A stretch of DNA of 64,000 nt from Candidatus Peribacteraceae bacterium (GTDB lineage Bacteria > Patescibacteriota > Gracilibacteria > Peribacterales > Peribacteraceae). Below are positions 30,162 through 42,359 of the stretch, in pieces; positions within the stretch are counted from its first letter, which is position 1, and every line of letters starts with the position of its first letter. The position numbers and the translations under genes were made by a program. Below the pieces are notes generated by a model. It had not been told where the DNA came from. It saw only the letters and a program-made list of their open reading frames with translations, and ran no database searches. The stretch lies in the NCBI GenBank assembly GCA_035547395.1, contig DASZVA010000010.1, forward strand, positions 8,178 through 72,177, given 5' to 3'.

Positions 30162-31109
30162 TTACTTTACAGTGACCGTGTACACGCGGACCTGTGCGGG
30201 CGGTACGTTGGTTTCCCACGAGCGGGAATAGGCGAACGTGATATCCGCCGTGCCCGATTTCAACGCGTGAAACGTAAACTGCGCCTGTCCTCCCGCGCCG
30301 AGCGCCGAACTGTTCGGCGCGATATAGGTGCTGGAGTCCAGTGCGAACATCGTTTTGTCATAGGAGGGAGTCCAGCTGAATCCCGTCGTCGGATTGCTGT
30401 CGAGCGTGATCGTGAAAGGAGTCCCGGCTTTGGCGCTCATCGACGTTGTCATTTCGGAGGCGGCTGACCCGGCCGGCGATGCGGTCGGAGTCGGCGCGAA
30501 TTGTACGGTCGACAGAATCTGCTCGAACATGTTCAGGATCGGTTCTTTCTGCAGCGGCTGCGTGTGGCCGGTTCCGCAGTCGGGTCCCAGGTTGCAGCTG
30601 TGGATCGTAAGGGTGAAATGGTGGCACATGCCGTTTTGGATCGTCGTGTAATCATACGTCTGGTACAAGTTTCCCGCCCCGACGTCCGCGCCGCTCTGTG
30701 TCACGTACATCGTGCCTGCGATCGTCTTTTTCGCCGGCGTACCGCTCAACATCACCGACGTGACCGGTTTGCAGGTCTGCTGTTCGCTCGTGAGCTCGAT
30801 GGTACCCTCGAAGTATGCAGTGCCCGTCTGGAAGTCGCTTGGATAGTGCAGCACGGCACCCGTGAGCTGGGTGATGATCGTCTGCTTCTGCGTCTCCAAC
30901 CGGAAAGTCGGCGGATACTGCAGGCTGTAGTTTTGCTCCGGATCGCTGAAGGATTGCCAGCCCGCGAATGAGCTGGCTTGTGCGGAAGACTGTGCGGATG
31001 ACACAGAGCTTTCGCTCGATGACGATCCGCCTCCTCCGCCGGGCGCGACGGTGCAGGCGGCAAGCAGGGACAGGCAGGCGAGTGGAATCAGAAGGGACGG
31101 TGTTTTCAT
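30162..31109 (-). CDS. Lipoprotein with C-terminal chagasin/I42 cysteine-protease inhibitor domain
   Basis: Lipobox LAAC; PsbP-like middle region; I42 motifs NPTTGFSW, GAGG, Y.RSWE. Confidence 0.85.
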   Translation of the reverse strand: MKTPSLLIPLACLSLLAACTVAPGGGGGSSSSESSVSSAQSSAQASSFAGWQSFSDPEQNYSLQYPPTFRLETQKQTIITQLTGAVLHYPSDFQTGTAYFEGTIELTSEQQTCKPVTSVMLSGTPAKKTIAGTMYVTQSGADVGAGNLYQTYDYTTIQNGMCHHFTLTIHSCNLGPDCGTGHTQPLQKEPILNMFEQILSTVQFAPTPTASPAGSAASEMTTSMSAKAGTPFTITLDSNPTTGFSWTPSYDKTMFALDSSTYIAPNSSALGAGGQAQFTFHALKSGTADITFAYSRSWETNVPPAQVRVYTVTVK

Positions 31110-31243
31110 GGATAGGAGAGGAGAAAGATGCCGGATCAATCGTGCAGTATCCTCTTTTTTGACGCGGCGTACATCAAACGGGCTGGATTTTTTACATATC
31201 TGCCGGACAGTAGTGTCTTGTTTCACTCAACCGTAAGCCGTTT

Positions 31244-33679
31244 TCAGGCACCCGCGAGCCGGTATGCGGCGCGCTTCACGATCTCGTTCGCGGGGATCCA
31301 CGCAAGCGCGTAGACCCAGACGAGTCCCGCGAGCGTCCATCCGATCGGCGTCACAAAGACGCCGTAGACGACGATGATCGTGGCGAGGATCTGGGTGGTG
31401 ATGGTGGCTGCCAGCAGAATCCATGCCGGCCGGTTGTCGAACATGCTGTAGCGCGTGCGCGCGTGGAAGATCATCAAGTGTCCCGCGACCGAGAGCTTCA
31501 GATACATCAGCGACTGGATCACGTCCTGGGGCAGATCGAACACGCGCTCGCAGAGATAGAAGAGCAGGAACGACGACGCGACGCCGATGGTGCCGAGTGC
31601 GCTCGAGACGGTGAGAATGACGTGCATGTTCCATCGCTGCGGAGCCGTGCCCACGTTTGCGCGGTCGAACGCGATGGAGAGAATCGCGCCGTCGTTGAGC
31701 AGCGCGAGCAGAATCACCATCACCGCGGTGATCGGATAGAAATGGAAGACCAGAACCGACAGCGTGATGAAGAGCAGCAGACGCGTCGTCTCCGCGATGC
31801 GATAGATCGCATAACTCGTCATGCGCTTGAAGATGCGCCGACTCTCCTTGATCGCTTCGATGATGACGTTCAGACCCGGCTGCAACAGCACAATGTCGGC
31901 GGCGGATCGCGCGGCGTCGGTCGCGCCCGAGACCGCGATGCCGGCGTCGGCCTTGTGCAGCGCGGGCGCGTCGTTGACGCCGTCGCCCGTCATGCCCACC
32001 ACGTGATTGTGCTTCTGCAGCGACTCGACGATGTAGAACTTGTGATCGGGGAACGCCTTGGCGAATCCGTCTGCTTTCTCGATGTCTGCATCCAGCTGAC
32101 CGATTTTGTAATGGCTCGTGTTCTCGAAGACCGATGCGTCGAGGATGTCGCCGCCCAGTTTCAGGCGCCGCGCCGTCTCGCGCGCGATGGGCAATTGATC
32201 GCCCGTGATCATCTTCACATGCACGCCCATGTCGAGCGCTTCCTGAATAACGTTTGCCGCGTCCTCGCGCGGCGGATCAGACAGCGCGATGATGCCGAGG
32301 AAATGCCACGCGCCGCTTGCGTCCGTTTTTGCGACGCCGAGCGCGCGGAATCCCCTGGAAGCCAACTCCTCCTCCACAGCATCCGTCTTTGCCTTGAGCG
32401 CGTCGTCCGGTTTGCACAGCGCCAGAATCACCGGCACGGATCCTTTGCTCACGCTGCACGGCCCGTCGCCGCCCGTGACCGCCGCCTCGGTGCGCTTGTG
32501 CACGGGATCGAACGGCGTGAAGTGCGTGACGGAATATGATGTCGTTCCGTCCCGTAACTCCGCCCGGCGGATGATCGCATTGTCGATCGGATCGTCGTCC
32601 TCCTTGCGCGACGCGAGCGCGGCGAACGTGAGCACGTTTGCTTCATCGATGCTGTCGAACGCGGTGACGCTTTCCACCTGCAGTTTGTTCTGCGTCAGTG
32701 TTCCGGTTTTGTCGCAGCAGAGAATATCCATGCCTGCGAGTTCATGAATGCTTTCCAGACGCGTGACGATGGCATTCTTGGCGGCGAGGAAACGCGCGCC
32801 GAGCGCCATGGTCGTCGTGAGCACGGCGGGCATCGCCGCGGGGATCGCCGCCACCGCCAGAATCAGCGCGTACTGCACGTCCTCCAGAAGCGGCTCTCTG
32901 CGAAAGAGCCCGACGATGACGAGCAGACAGGCGAGCATGCCCGCGAAGGCGATGAGAAAGTCGCCGATGCGCAGCATTTCCTTTTGGAAATGACTGGTGC
33001 CTACCGCATCAGAGACGAGCTGCACCGTGTGTCCGAAATTCGTCCGGAGGCCCGTTGCGACCACGAGTGCGTCGTTTTCCCCTCTGCGGACGATCGAACC
33101 GGAAAAGACAAGATCGTTGCCCGCGTGCGTCACGGGGAGCGATTCACCGGTCAGCATCGACTGGTCGAGTTCGAGTCCGTCGCCCGCAAGCAGTTTGGCG
33201 TCCGCCGGGACGATGTCGCCAAGCCGCAGGCGAATGACGTCGCCCGGCACCAGCTCGCGGCTTTCAAGCGTCGTCCAGCTGCCGTCTCTCTTCACGCGGC
33301 ATTTGAGAGCGAGTGTTTTTTTCAAACTCGCGACGGCGTCCGCCGCGTGGTATTCCTCCCAGAATCCGACGACGGCGTTGAGCAGAAGCAGCACCGTGAT
33401 GATTCCCAGATCCTCCCAGTGGCGCAGGACCGCCGAGAGCACGCAGGCCGTCTCGATCATCCACGGGATCGGTCCCCAGAAGAACGAGAGGAATTTCAGC
33501 AGGGGATTCGTTTTCTTTTCCGTGATCTCATTCCAGCCGTATTGCGCGCGCCGCGCCTGCGCGTCGGCCGATGTTAAACCGTTTTCCGAGGATTGGAATT
33601 CCCGGAATGCATCGTCTTGCGAGAGGGTCGCAAGCCGCTTTTGGGTATTGTGCAGTGAGGGTTTCTGTATGTCAGACAT
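31244..33679 (-). CDS. Plasma-membrane proton-efflux P-type ATPase (P3A)
   Basis: FWGPIPWMIE, LTGES, IP.AMP.V, DKTGTLT, PFDPV.KRT, GDGVNDAPAL, LLNDG. Confidence 0.93.
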   Translation of the reverse strand: MSDIQKPSLHNTQKRLATLSQDDAFREFQSSENGLTSADAQARRAQYGWNEITEKKTNPLLKFLSFFWGPIPWMIETACVLSAVLRHWEDLGIITVLLLLNAVVGFWEEYHAADAVASLKKTLALKCRVKRDGSWTTLESRELVPGDVIRLRLGDIVPADAKLLAGDGLELDQSMLTGESLPVTHAGNDLVFSGSIVRRGENDALVVATGLRTNFGHTVQLVSDAVGTSHFQKEMLRIGDFLIAFAGMLACLLVIVGLFRREPLLEDVQYALILAVAAIPAAMPAVLTTTMALGARFLAAKNAIVTRLESIHELAGMDILCCDKTGTLTQNKLQVESVTAFDSIDEANVLTFAALASRKEDDDPIDNAIIRRAELRDGTTSYSVTHFTPFDPVHKRTEAAVTGGDGPCSVSKGSVPVILALCKPDDALKAKTDAVEEELASRGFRALGVAKTDASGAWHFLGIIALSDPPREDAANVIQEALDMGVHVKMITGDQLPIARETARRLKLGGDILDASVFENTSHYKIGQLDADIEKADGFAKAFPDHKFYIVESLQKHNHVVGMTGDGVNDAPALHKADAGIAVSGATDAARSAADIVLLQPGLNVIIEAIKESRRIFKRMTSYAIYRIAETTRLLLFITLSVLVFHFYPITAVMVILLALLNDGAILSIAFDRANVGTAPQRWNMHVILTVSSALGTIGVASSFLLFYLCERVFDLPQDVIQSLMYLKLSVAGHLMIFHARTRYSMFDNRPAWILLAATITTQILATIIVVYGVFVTPIGWTLAGLVWVYALAWIPANEIVKRAAYRLAGA

Positions 33680-33761
33680 TCCTTTTCTATTATAGCGTTT
33701 CTTCGCATGCGACGCATCCGCCGTTCGCCTCATATTTTGCTTCAGAGAGCCGAATTCTCGG

Positions 33762-34109
33762 TTACAAGAGAAAGTTCCTCAAGATCACCGCCGAATTGTG
33801 CTCTTCATCTTTGGCGGCGTACACAAAGGTCGCGCTTTTGCCGATCGTTTCCTTCAGCTCGGCAACCACTTTTTTGTTTTTCCGCAGTTCGGCCAGATAT
33901 TTTTTGCGGAATGCCGGCCACTTTTTCTCATCGTGCGCGTACCACTGGCGCAGTTCCGTGCTCGGGGCTATGTCTTTCATCCACACGTCGATTTTCGCTT
34001 TGGCCTTGGTGAGTCCGCGCGGCCAGAGCCGCTCAACGAGAATGCGTTTGCTATCGTCCTTCGACGGTTTTTCGTAGACGCGCTTCAGACGAATTGCTGC
34101 TTTGGACAT
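33762..34109 (-). CDS. DUF488/YeaO family protein
   Basis: KRVYE, RILV.RLWPRG, IAPS.ELR.W..H, HN...L. Confidence 0.9.
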   Translation of the reverse strand: MSKAAIRLKRVYEKPSKDDSKRILVERLWPRGLTKAKAKIDVWMKDIAPSTELRQWYAHDEKKWPAFRKKYLAELRKNKKVVAELKETIGKSATFVYAAKDEEHNSAVILRNFLL

Positions 34110-34160
34110 GTCCGCAGTATAGCCCTTGGCGCAAGGGGCGACACCGTGGACACACTCCGG

Positions 34161-34190
34161 GCATTACCATATATCGATATATGGTAATGC
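34161..34190. promoter_or_regulatory. Perfect 30-bp palindrome in a divergent promoter region
   Basis: GCATTACCATATATC|GATATATGGTAATGC. Confidence 0.6.
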
Positions 34191-34298
34191 GCCGCGAATA
34201 CGAGAATCTTTGAAGAGAAGCATTTCATACTCGCACGGCAGACACGACGCACAACTTTTTCATTTTCCATTTTCCGTTTTCAATTTTACACTTCATCC

Positions 34299-35282
34299 AT
34301 GCCATCCATCCTCTTCCTCGACGTCGAAGATCATGACATCGCGCTCGTCCGGGACCATTTTCCCGCCGCTGCGTTCGCCAAGGATCTGTCGAACGAAGAC
34401 GAGGTGATCGACGTCTGCAAAGGGTACGAGATCATCTCCACGTTTGAGACGGCGTTCCCCGCGTCGGTGATCGAAAATCTTCCCGATTTGAAACTTATCG
34501 CGACGCGTTCGGTGGGTTACGATCACATCGATCTGGATGCCTGCAAAGAAAGAGGGGTGACCGTGTGCAACGTGCCGGATTACGGTTCGCACGTGATCGC
34601 CGAACACGTGTTCGCGCTGCTGCTCTCGACCGTCCGCCACATTGCCGAAGGCGAAAAGAGAGTGGAGAGCGGCACGTTTGATTATCGCGGGCTGCGCGGC
34701 ATGGCGCTGAAGGACAAGACGATCGGCATTCTCGGGACGGGCCGGATCGGCGGGCACGTCGCGCATATCGCGCATGGATTCGATATGAAAATACTCGCCA
34801 CCGATCGTTGCCGCGTGATTGAACTCGAGCAGGAGCTGGGCGTGCGCTACGTGCCGTTCGAGGAGCTTCTTACTGAGAGCGACATCCTGACCCTGCACGT
34901 GCCCGCGACCGACGACACGCATCACCTGCTCAACGACAAAGCCTTTATGCGCATGAAAGACGGCGTAATTCTGATCAACACCGCGCGCGGGTCGATCATC
35001 GATTCCAAAGCGCTGCTCAAGGCGCTCGAGTCCGGCAAAGTCCGGTATGCGCTGCTCGACGTGCTGGAGCACGAGCACAATTTCGAAGAGAACAAGGCGC
35101 TCATCAAACACCCGCGCGTCGTCACTACGCCGCACATCGCGTTTTACGCCGACGAGAGCATGAAGAACATGTACGTCGACAGCTTTCAGTCAATCGATGA
35201 ATTTTTGTCCGGCAAGGAACCGCAGCACATCATACATCCGCTCTCGGTCGTCTGCGATCTGCCGGGCGCAAAGGCGTCCTGA
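34299..35282 (+). CDS. D-isomer-specific 2-hydroxyacid (D-lactate-like) dehydrogenase
   Basis: RS.GYDHID, NVP.Y, GILGTGRIG, LH.P, INTARG, LDV.E.E, TPHIAF. Confidence 0.93.
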   Translation: MPSILFLDVEDHDIALVRDHFPAAAFAKDLSNEDEVIDVCKGYEIISTFETAFPASVIENLPDLKLIATRSVGYDHIDLDACKERGVTVCNVPDYGSHVIAEHVFALLLSTVRHIAEGEKRVESGTFDYRGLRGMALKDKTIGILGTGRIGGHVAHIAHGFDMKILATDRCRVIELEQELGVRYVPFEELLTESDILTLHVPATDDTHHLLNDKAFMRMKDGVILINTARGSIIDSKALLKALESGKVRYALLDVLEHEHNFEENKALIKHPRVVTTPHIAFYADESMKNMYVDSFQSIDEFLSGKEPQHIIHPLSVVCDLPGAKAS

Positions 35283-35287
35283 AAGAG

Positions 35288-35656
35288 ATGACCAATATCT
35301 TTGACATGTATTTCGGAATATTGAATAATGCCCGTGAACGCTGGCGAACGGATCGTCACGTCTTTGGTCGTTCTAATATCAGGAGTTACAGAGTGTTAGT
35401 GGTTATTGAATTTCGAGGCAGTAAGCCGCTTGTGACAGAGGGGTTGAAGAATGTGCAGAGACTGCTCGTTGAGCGTCCACCACATTTAATTGCAGCTCTG
35501 GAGCGGCAACTTTCGGTATTTTACCATGATGCGCCCGTCTGTGATCGGGCATACATCAGTGAAAACCTGCGGACACTGCGCAAAGAATACGATGTCCCGG
35601 GTGACTGTCTCGATCAGTGGTCAAATTTGGAACTGGGATTGTATCCAAACAAGTAA
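35288..35656 (+). CDS. Hypothetical protein
   Basis: 122-aa ORF filling an AT-richer gap; no motif recognised. Confidence 0.45.
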   Translation: MTNIFDMYFGILNNARERWRTDRHVFGRSNIRSYRVLVVIEFRGSKPLVTEGLKNVQRLLVERPPHLIAALERQLSVFYHDAPVCDRAYISENLRTLRKEYDVPGDCLDQWSNLELGLYPNK

Positions 35657-35664
35657 GCGCATCG

Positions 35665-37113
35665 TCAGCGTTCACGGCGGTTCCCCTCAGCGGGAGCCGC
35701 CTTTTTCAAATCGCCGCCCTGCCTGTGCCACAGCTCGCGCAGCAATTTGGCGGTCTGTTTCTTTTGGCACGATTTGATGTACGTCGAGAACGCAAGAGGC
35801 CTTTCCCCCGTGAGCATCTCCACAGTGTCTCCGTCGTGCAGGAGCGTCCCCAGGTCGCGCTGCCGTCCGTTGATGCGCACGCCGCGGATTGATTTGGGAT
35901 CGATGTCCCATTGCTGGCAGGCGAGATCAAGCGCCGTCGCCGGTTTGCGGATGTGATAGAAGTGGTTCTGCGGATCGAAGACGAGAATGTCATCCTCGCG
36001 AAAATACGTGCGTAGCACTTTTTCGAATTGCGCCGGCGTTTTTGCCATCGACCGCAGGCTCTCGAGGTTTCGGAACAGGTTCACCCGCGACGTGCCGCTT
36101 CCGAGCGCATATGACAGATCTTTATAGGACGCGTGCGAGGCGACGCCATATTCGCATTCCTCGTGCATTTTTTTCGTGCGGATCTGTATTTCGATCGGCA
36201 GCTGCGTGACGCCGGGCAGCGGATAGACGACGGTATGGATCGAGCGGTAGCCGTTGTCCTTCGGGATGCCGATGTAGTCCTTCAGTTTCCCCGGCATCGC
36301 GTGCATCGACGCGTGCACGATGCCGAGCGCTCGATAACAGTCGTCCACGGACGGCACCAGGATGCGCAGCGCGAGGCGATCAGTGAGCTCGTCGAAGCGG
36401 TATTTTTTGATGACCATTTTCCGGTAGGTGGAATAGACTCCCTTGATGCGCGTATCGATCTTTGCGTCGAGGCAGTGGTCTTGCATTTTTTTCGACAGAT
36501 ATTCCCCCGCATGAGACAGGCAGGCCTGGTCGATTCGCCTGCAGGACGTAAACTGTCGCTGGATCGTGCGCGCGACGTCCGGCTGCAGTTCCAAAAAACA
36601 GATGTCTTCCATCTGCCATCGCCAGCGGTGGAACCCGAGTCTCTCGGCGATCGCGGCGTACATGTGCAGCGTTTCGTGGGCCAGTTCGCGTCTGCGTGTT
36701 TTTGCAAAGCGTTTCAAATGACGGACGTCATTCAAGCGGTGCGCCATGCGCAGGATCATCAGGCGCGGATCGTCGGTGAACGCGCCGATGACCATGTCGA
36801 GATCGTCGGTATTCTCGTCGATGTGCAATTTGCGCAGTTCGTGCATGCGTTTGACCATCGAACGCTCGTCGCTTTTGAGCGGCGAGGCCTGGAGCAGCAG
36901 TTTTCCTTCCGGATGCACGAGCAGATCATGCAGCGCCGCGATGCGCACGAGCGGGGCGTCCGCGGCGACTTCGCGCAAGACATTCGCCACTTCCAGGCAG
37001 TGCAGGGCGTAGGATTCTTTGCTGTTTCTATGGATGTCTCGCAAGTATCGTTTCGCATATGCGACGATATCTCGCAGTTTCGGATCGGCCAGCAGGGAAG
37101 GAGACACGCTCAT
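35665..37113 (-). CDS. RelA/SpoT homologue (HD, synthetase and TGS; C-terminal regulatory domains absent)
   Basis: LHD, RL.D.R, R.K..YS.Y.K, D..A.R, KDYI..PK.NGY.S.HT, EIQIRT, TGS-like ATALD...ING. Start uncertain. Confidence 0.9.
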   Translation of the reverse strand: MSVSPSLLADPKLRDIVAYAKRYLRDIHRNSKESYALHCLEVANVLREVAADAPLVRIAALHDLLVHPEGKLLLQASPLKSDERSMVKRMHELRKLHIDENTDDLDMVIGAFTDDPRLMILRMAHRLNDVRHLKRFAKTRRRELAHETLHMYAAIAERLGFHRWRWQMEDICFLELQPDVARTIQRQFTSCRRIDQACLSHAGEYLSKKMQDHCLDAKIDTRIKGVYSTYRKMVIKKYRFDELTDRLALRILVPSVDDCYRALGIVHASMHAMPGKLKDYIGIPKDNGYRSIHTVVYPLPGVTQLPIEIQIRTKKMHEECEYGVASHASYKDLSYALGSGTSRVNLFRNLESLRSMAKTPAQFEKVLRTYFREDDILVFDPQNHFYHIRKPATALDLACQQWDIDPKSIRGVRINGRQRDLGTLLHDGDTVEMLTGERPLAFSTYIKSCQKKQTAKLLRELWHRQGGDLKKAAPAEGNRRER

Positions 37114-37160
37114 GAATCCGATCATCCGCAGTATACGTTCGACGAATCGCGACCACAAAT

Positions 37161-39347
<2,187 letters not shown>

Positions 39348-39466
39348 TTATCGCGTCCGGCTTCCGGCTTCTAGATTTGCGAGACGGATACATATGGCAT
39401 GGAAAAATCATTTTTTCACCCGTCAATTGCAATCCGCACGCATTCGGGAAAGATACGGCACAACTT

Positions 39467-39706
39467 ATGGCAAAGAACCCCCACGAACAGGCGGAAAAAA
39501 TGTACCAGCAGATTCTGGACCTGCTGGAAGAGATCAGTCTGCTCTACGCAGACGCGGGCGACGAGGGCGAGGAAGACGAGCTCAATGACCGCGACATCGT
39601 CGACATGATGATCGAGGAGGCGATCGAGCGCGGCATGGATGACGAGAGCGTCGAGAAAGTTTTCAAAGCCATCTCGTCGCTTGCACGGAAAGCGCGGGAG
39701 GGTTGA
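39467..39706 (+). CDS. Small acidic hypothetical protein
   Basis: 79-aa ORF MAKNPHEQ..., very Asp/Glu-rich, host-like codon usage. Confidence 0.65.
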   Translation: MAKNPHEQAEKMYQQILDLLEEISLLYADAGDEGEEDELNDRDIVDMMIEEAIERGMDDESVEKVFKAISSLARKAREG

Positions 39707-39771
39707 TTGCGCGATGATGCATGGTTCAACTACGTTCACCATGACACATTTGTCTTCCTTCTCTCCTCCCC

Positions 39772-40806
39772 ATGCCCGCCGCACTTCCCAACTCCATTTT
39801 TCAGAAAGCATTTGAGGCGGGTGCCTCCGATGTGCACGTCGCGGTCGACGCCCCCCTTCTTTTCCGTATCGACGGCAAACTCGTCGCCCAGACCAAGGGC
39901 GACATCACGGCCTCGGACAGCGAGAAATTCGTAAAGGCGGTGCTCTCGGCGGAGGAATTCAAGCGGCTCAACGAGGCCAAGGAAATCGATGTCTCGTACT
40001 CGCTCAGTAACGGCACCAGACTCCGCATCAACTGCCACTTCGAACGCGGCAATCTCGGCCTCGTCGCCCGCGTCATCCCGAACGTCATTCCGTCCCTGGA
40101 CGATATCGACCTCACGCCCATCGCGAGCAGGTTTCTGACGCTCGACGAAGGACTCATTCTCTTCACCGGTCCGACGGGCACGGGAAAATCAACCTCGCTG
40201 GCCGCCATGCTCCAGACCATCAATCAGACGCAGGCACGCAGCATCGTCACCATGGAGGATCCGATCGAATTCCTGTTCCCGAAGGGCATGGGCGTCATCC
40301 GCCAGCGCCAGCTGGGGCAGGACTTCACGTCCTTTGCCGAAGCCCTCAAGCGCGTGCTGCGCCAGGACCCGGACATCGTCATGGTCGGTGAAATGCGCGA
40401 CCCGGAGACGATCTCCGCCGCGCTCACGCTCGCCGAGACCGGTCACCTCATTCTCGCCACGCTCCACACCCCAAACACCATTCAGACCGTCGACCGCATT
40501 ATCGACGTCTTCCCGCCATACCAGCAACCGCAGATCCGATCACAGTTGAGCATGTCACTGAAGGCCGTCGTGTCGCAGCGGCTGCTCGCCAAAGAAGGCG
40601 GCGGACGCATCGCCCAGCGTGAGGTGCTCATCAACACGCCGGCTGCCGCCAACACCATCCGCGACAACCGCCTGCAGGAACTCAAGTCCGTGCTTCAGAC
40701 GGGCGCGGACACGGGTATGATCTCCTTCGAGAAAGACGCCAAGCGCCTCCTGAAAGAAGGACTGATCAGTAAAGAGACGTATGAGCTAGCTCTCCAGGAG
40801 CTGTAA
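39772..40806 (+). CDS. pilT: Type IV pilus retraction ATPase PilT/PilU
   Basis: ASDVH, GPTGTGKST, EDPIE, LRQDPD...VGEMRD, AETGHL..ATLH. Confidence 0.92.
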   Translation: MPAALPNSIFQKAFEAGASDVHVAVDAPLLFRIDGKLVAQTKGDITASDSEKFVKAVLSAEEFKRLNEAKEIDVSYSLSNGTRLRINCHFERGNLGLVARVIPNVIPSLDDIDLTPIASRFLTLDEGLILFTGPTGTGKSTSLAAMLQTINQTQARSIVTMEDPIEFLFPKGMGVIRQRQLGQDFTSFAEALKRVLRQDPDIVMVGEMRDPETISAALTLAETGHLILATLHTPNTIQTVDRIIDVFPPYQQPQIRSQLSMSLKAVVSQRLLAKEGGGRIAQREVLINTPAAANTIRDNRLQELKSVLQTGADTGMISFEKDAKRLLKEGLISKETYELALQEL

Positions 40807-41389
40807 GCACCAGGTCCCGGATCTTGCGCGGCGATCTTCGCGGCAGCAGGAATGCACGGTACTCGTCGCTGTAGTCGAGCAGCGCTGTCTTGAGGGGCTG
40901 CGGGACCGTGCGGATCTTGCGCATGGAGCGGCTGATCTTGGCGTCCCAGAAAGCCTGGAGCTGCACATCCGCGGGGTGCTCGCAGACGATCTCGCCCGTG
41001 CAATTCGGGGCGCCGCAGTCGCAGGGCATGCGGAAGTCCGGCGATTCGTAGAAGAAGCGGTAGTCGATCGTGGCTTCCTCGCCGGGCTGCATGTCGCGCA
41101 CCACGATGTCGAAGTGGTGGCCCGAGTAGAGGATGTTGGCGTTGCAGGAGTGATTGAGGTACACGCTGTCGCCGCACGCAAGAACGACGCTGCCGTCCTT
41201 GCGCGTGTAGTTGTAGAAGAGGATGTGCTCCTGTTCCTCGTGGGTCTTGGCGGCGAGATCTTCGGCGCTGAGCAGATGGCAGTCGGCGCAGTCGAAGTTG
41301 ATGATGGTTCCGGCTGGGATAAATTCTTGGGCGAAGAGACCCTTACCCTTGGTAGGAGTATCTCGGATCTCAAAGAGAGGTGCGATCAT
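40766..41389 (-). CDS. SET domain protein-lysine methyltransferase with post-SET
   Basis: G.GLFA, NHSC.AN, GEE.T.DY, C.CGAPNC.G. Confidence 0.92.
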   Translation of the reverse strand: MIAPLFEIRDTPTKGKGLFAQEFIPAGTIINFDCADCHLLSAEDLAAKTHEEQEHILFYNYTRKDGSVVLACGDSVYLNHSCNANILYSGHHFDIVVRDMQPGEEATIDYRFFYESPDFRMPCDCGAPNCTGEIVCEHPADVQLQAFWDAKISRSMRKIRTVPQPLKTALLDYSDEYRAFLLPRRSPRKIRDLVLTAPGELAHTSLY

Positions 41390-41569
41390 CTCGATGAAAA
41401 AAGAAGAAAGAATGGATGCCGCGGATTGTGGACTTCCTTGCCCCCGTCTGCAAGGTTTTTTTCTGTGACCTTAGCGAAAATTCCAAATTTGGTACGCATG
41501 AGCTTCATAGGTGCAAAATTTTTTTTCCGCATCAGAAAAAATCGAGAAGTTTCGACGTCTGGTGTGCCC

Positions 41570-42184
41570 TCATGCGGGTATCGGTACGAAGATTTTCCGG
41601 GCAAAATTTTTCTGTTTGGAAGCGCCTGCCGGCGGGAGACGGTGGGCGTCGAGCGCATCATTCAGTTGGTCCATGCATCGGAGATAGATCGGCCGCAGGT
41701 TATGTGGCAGGTCGCCTAAGAGTCTCTCTGCCAGAGGCAGATACAAGCCGCGCGTCTCTCGCAGTAATTTCCATTTGCGTTCCTCGGACAGAACATCCGC
41801 CGTCCGGATATTGTGCAACCGGTCGACCAACTTGATCAGAAGCGTGTACGGATAAATCGCGTTTGCCGCACGAATACGGTCCAGATACATCTTCTCGCGG
41901 CGCACGGTCGGGAGGTTGTAGTAGAGATTGTCTTTCGTGAGCACGCGCACGACCGCCGCAATGTCGCTGCCCGCGCATTCGTGCAGCTCCTCGTAGGTGA
42001 CGTCCGTGTCTTCCAGCACATCATGAAGAATGGCGGTGGTGTAAACATTGGGCGGCAGATCCAGACTGATCTCCCACAGCAATTCCAGGACGGCCAGGGG
42101 GTGCTCTATGTAGGGAGTGCCGTCCAGCCGCATCTGTCCCCGATGGGCTTTGGCCGCGAGCCTGATGGCGGAAAAGAGAGTCAT
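41570..42184 (-). CDS. HD-domain (p)ppGpp hydrolase-like protein (small alarmone hydrolase/Mesh1-type)
   Basis: AH.GQ.R..G.PYI.HP, LHDVLEDT, LTK, IKL.DRLHN.R. Confidence 0.85.
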   Translation of the reverse strand: MTLFSAIRLAAKAHRGQMRLDGTPYIEHPLAVLELLWEISLDLPPNVYTTAILHDVLEDTDVTYEELHECAGSDIAAVVRVLTKDNLYYNLPTVRREKMYLDRIRAANAIYPYTLLIKLVDRLHNIRTADVLSEERKWKLLRETRGLYLPLAERLLGDLPHNLRPIYLRCMDQLNDALDAHRLPPAGASKQKNFARKIFVPIPA

Positions 42185-42359
42185 ACCCCCATGCTGCTCC
42201 GGCGTCGGACAGTGCAGTAGATGCCGGGGAGAAGCTAAAATGAACACATACGAGAAAATGGCAGAGGGATGCGGTTTTGGATGTTCTATGAGGCTCAGGA
42301 ACGCCCCGGAAAACATCCGTTGCACCATTGTCCGTATGCCAAGTACACTAAACAATCAC

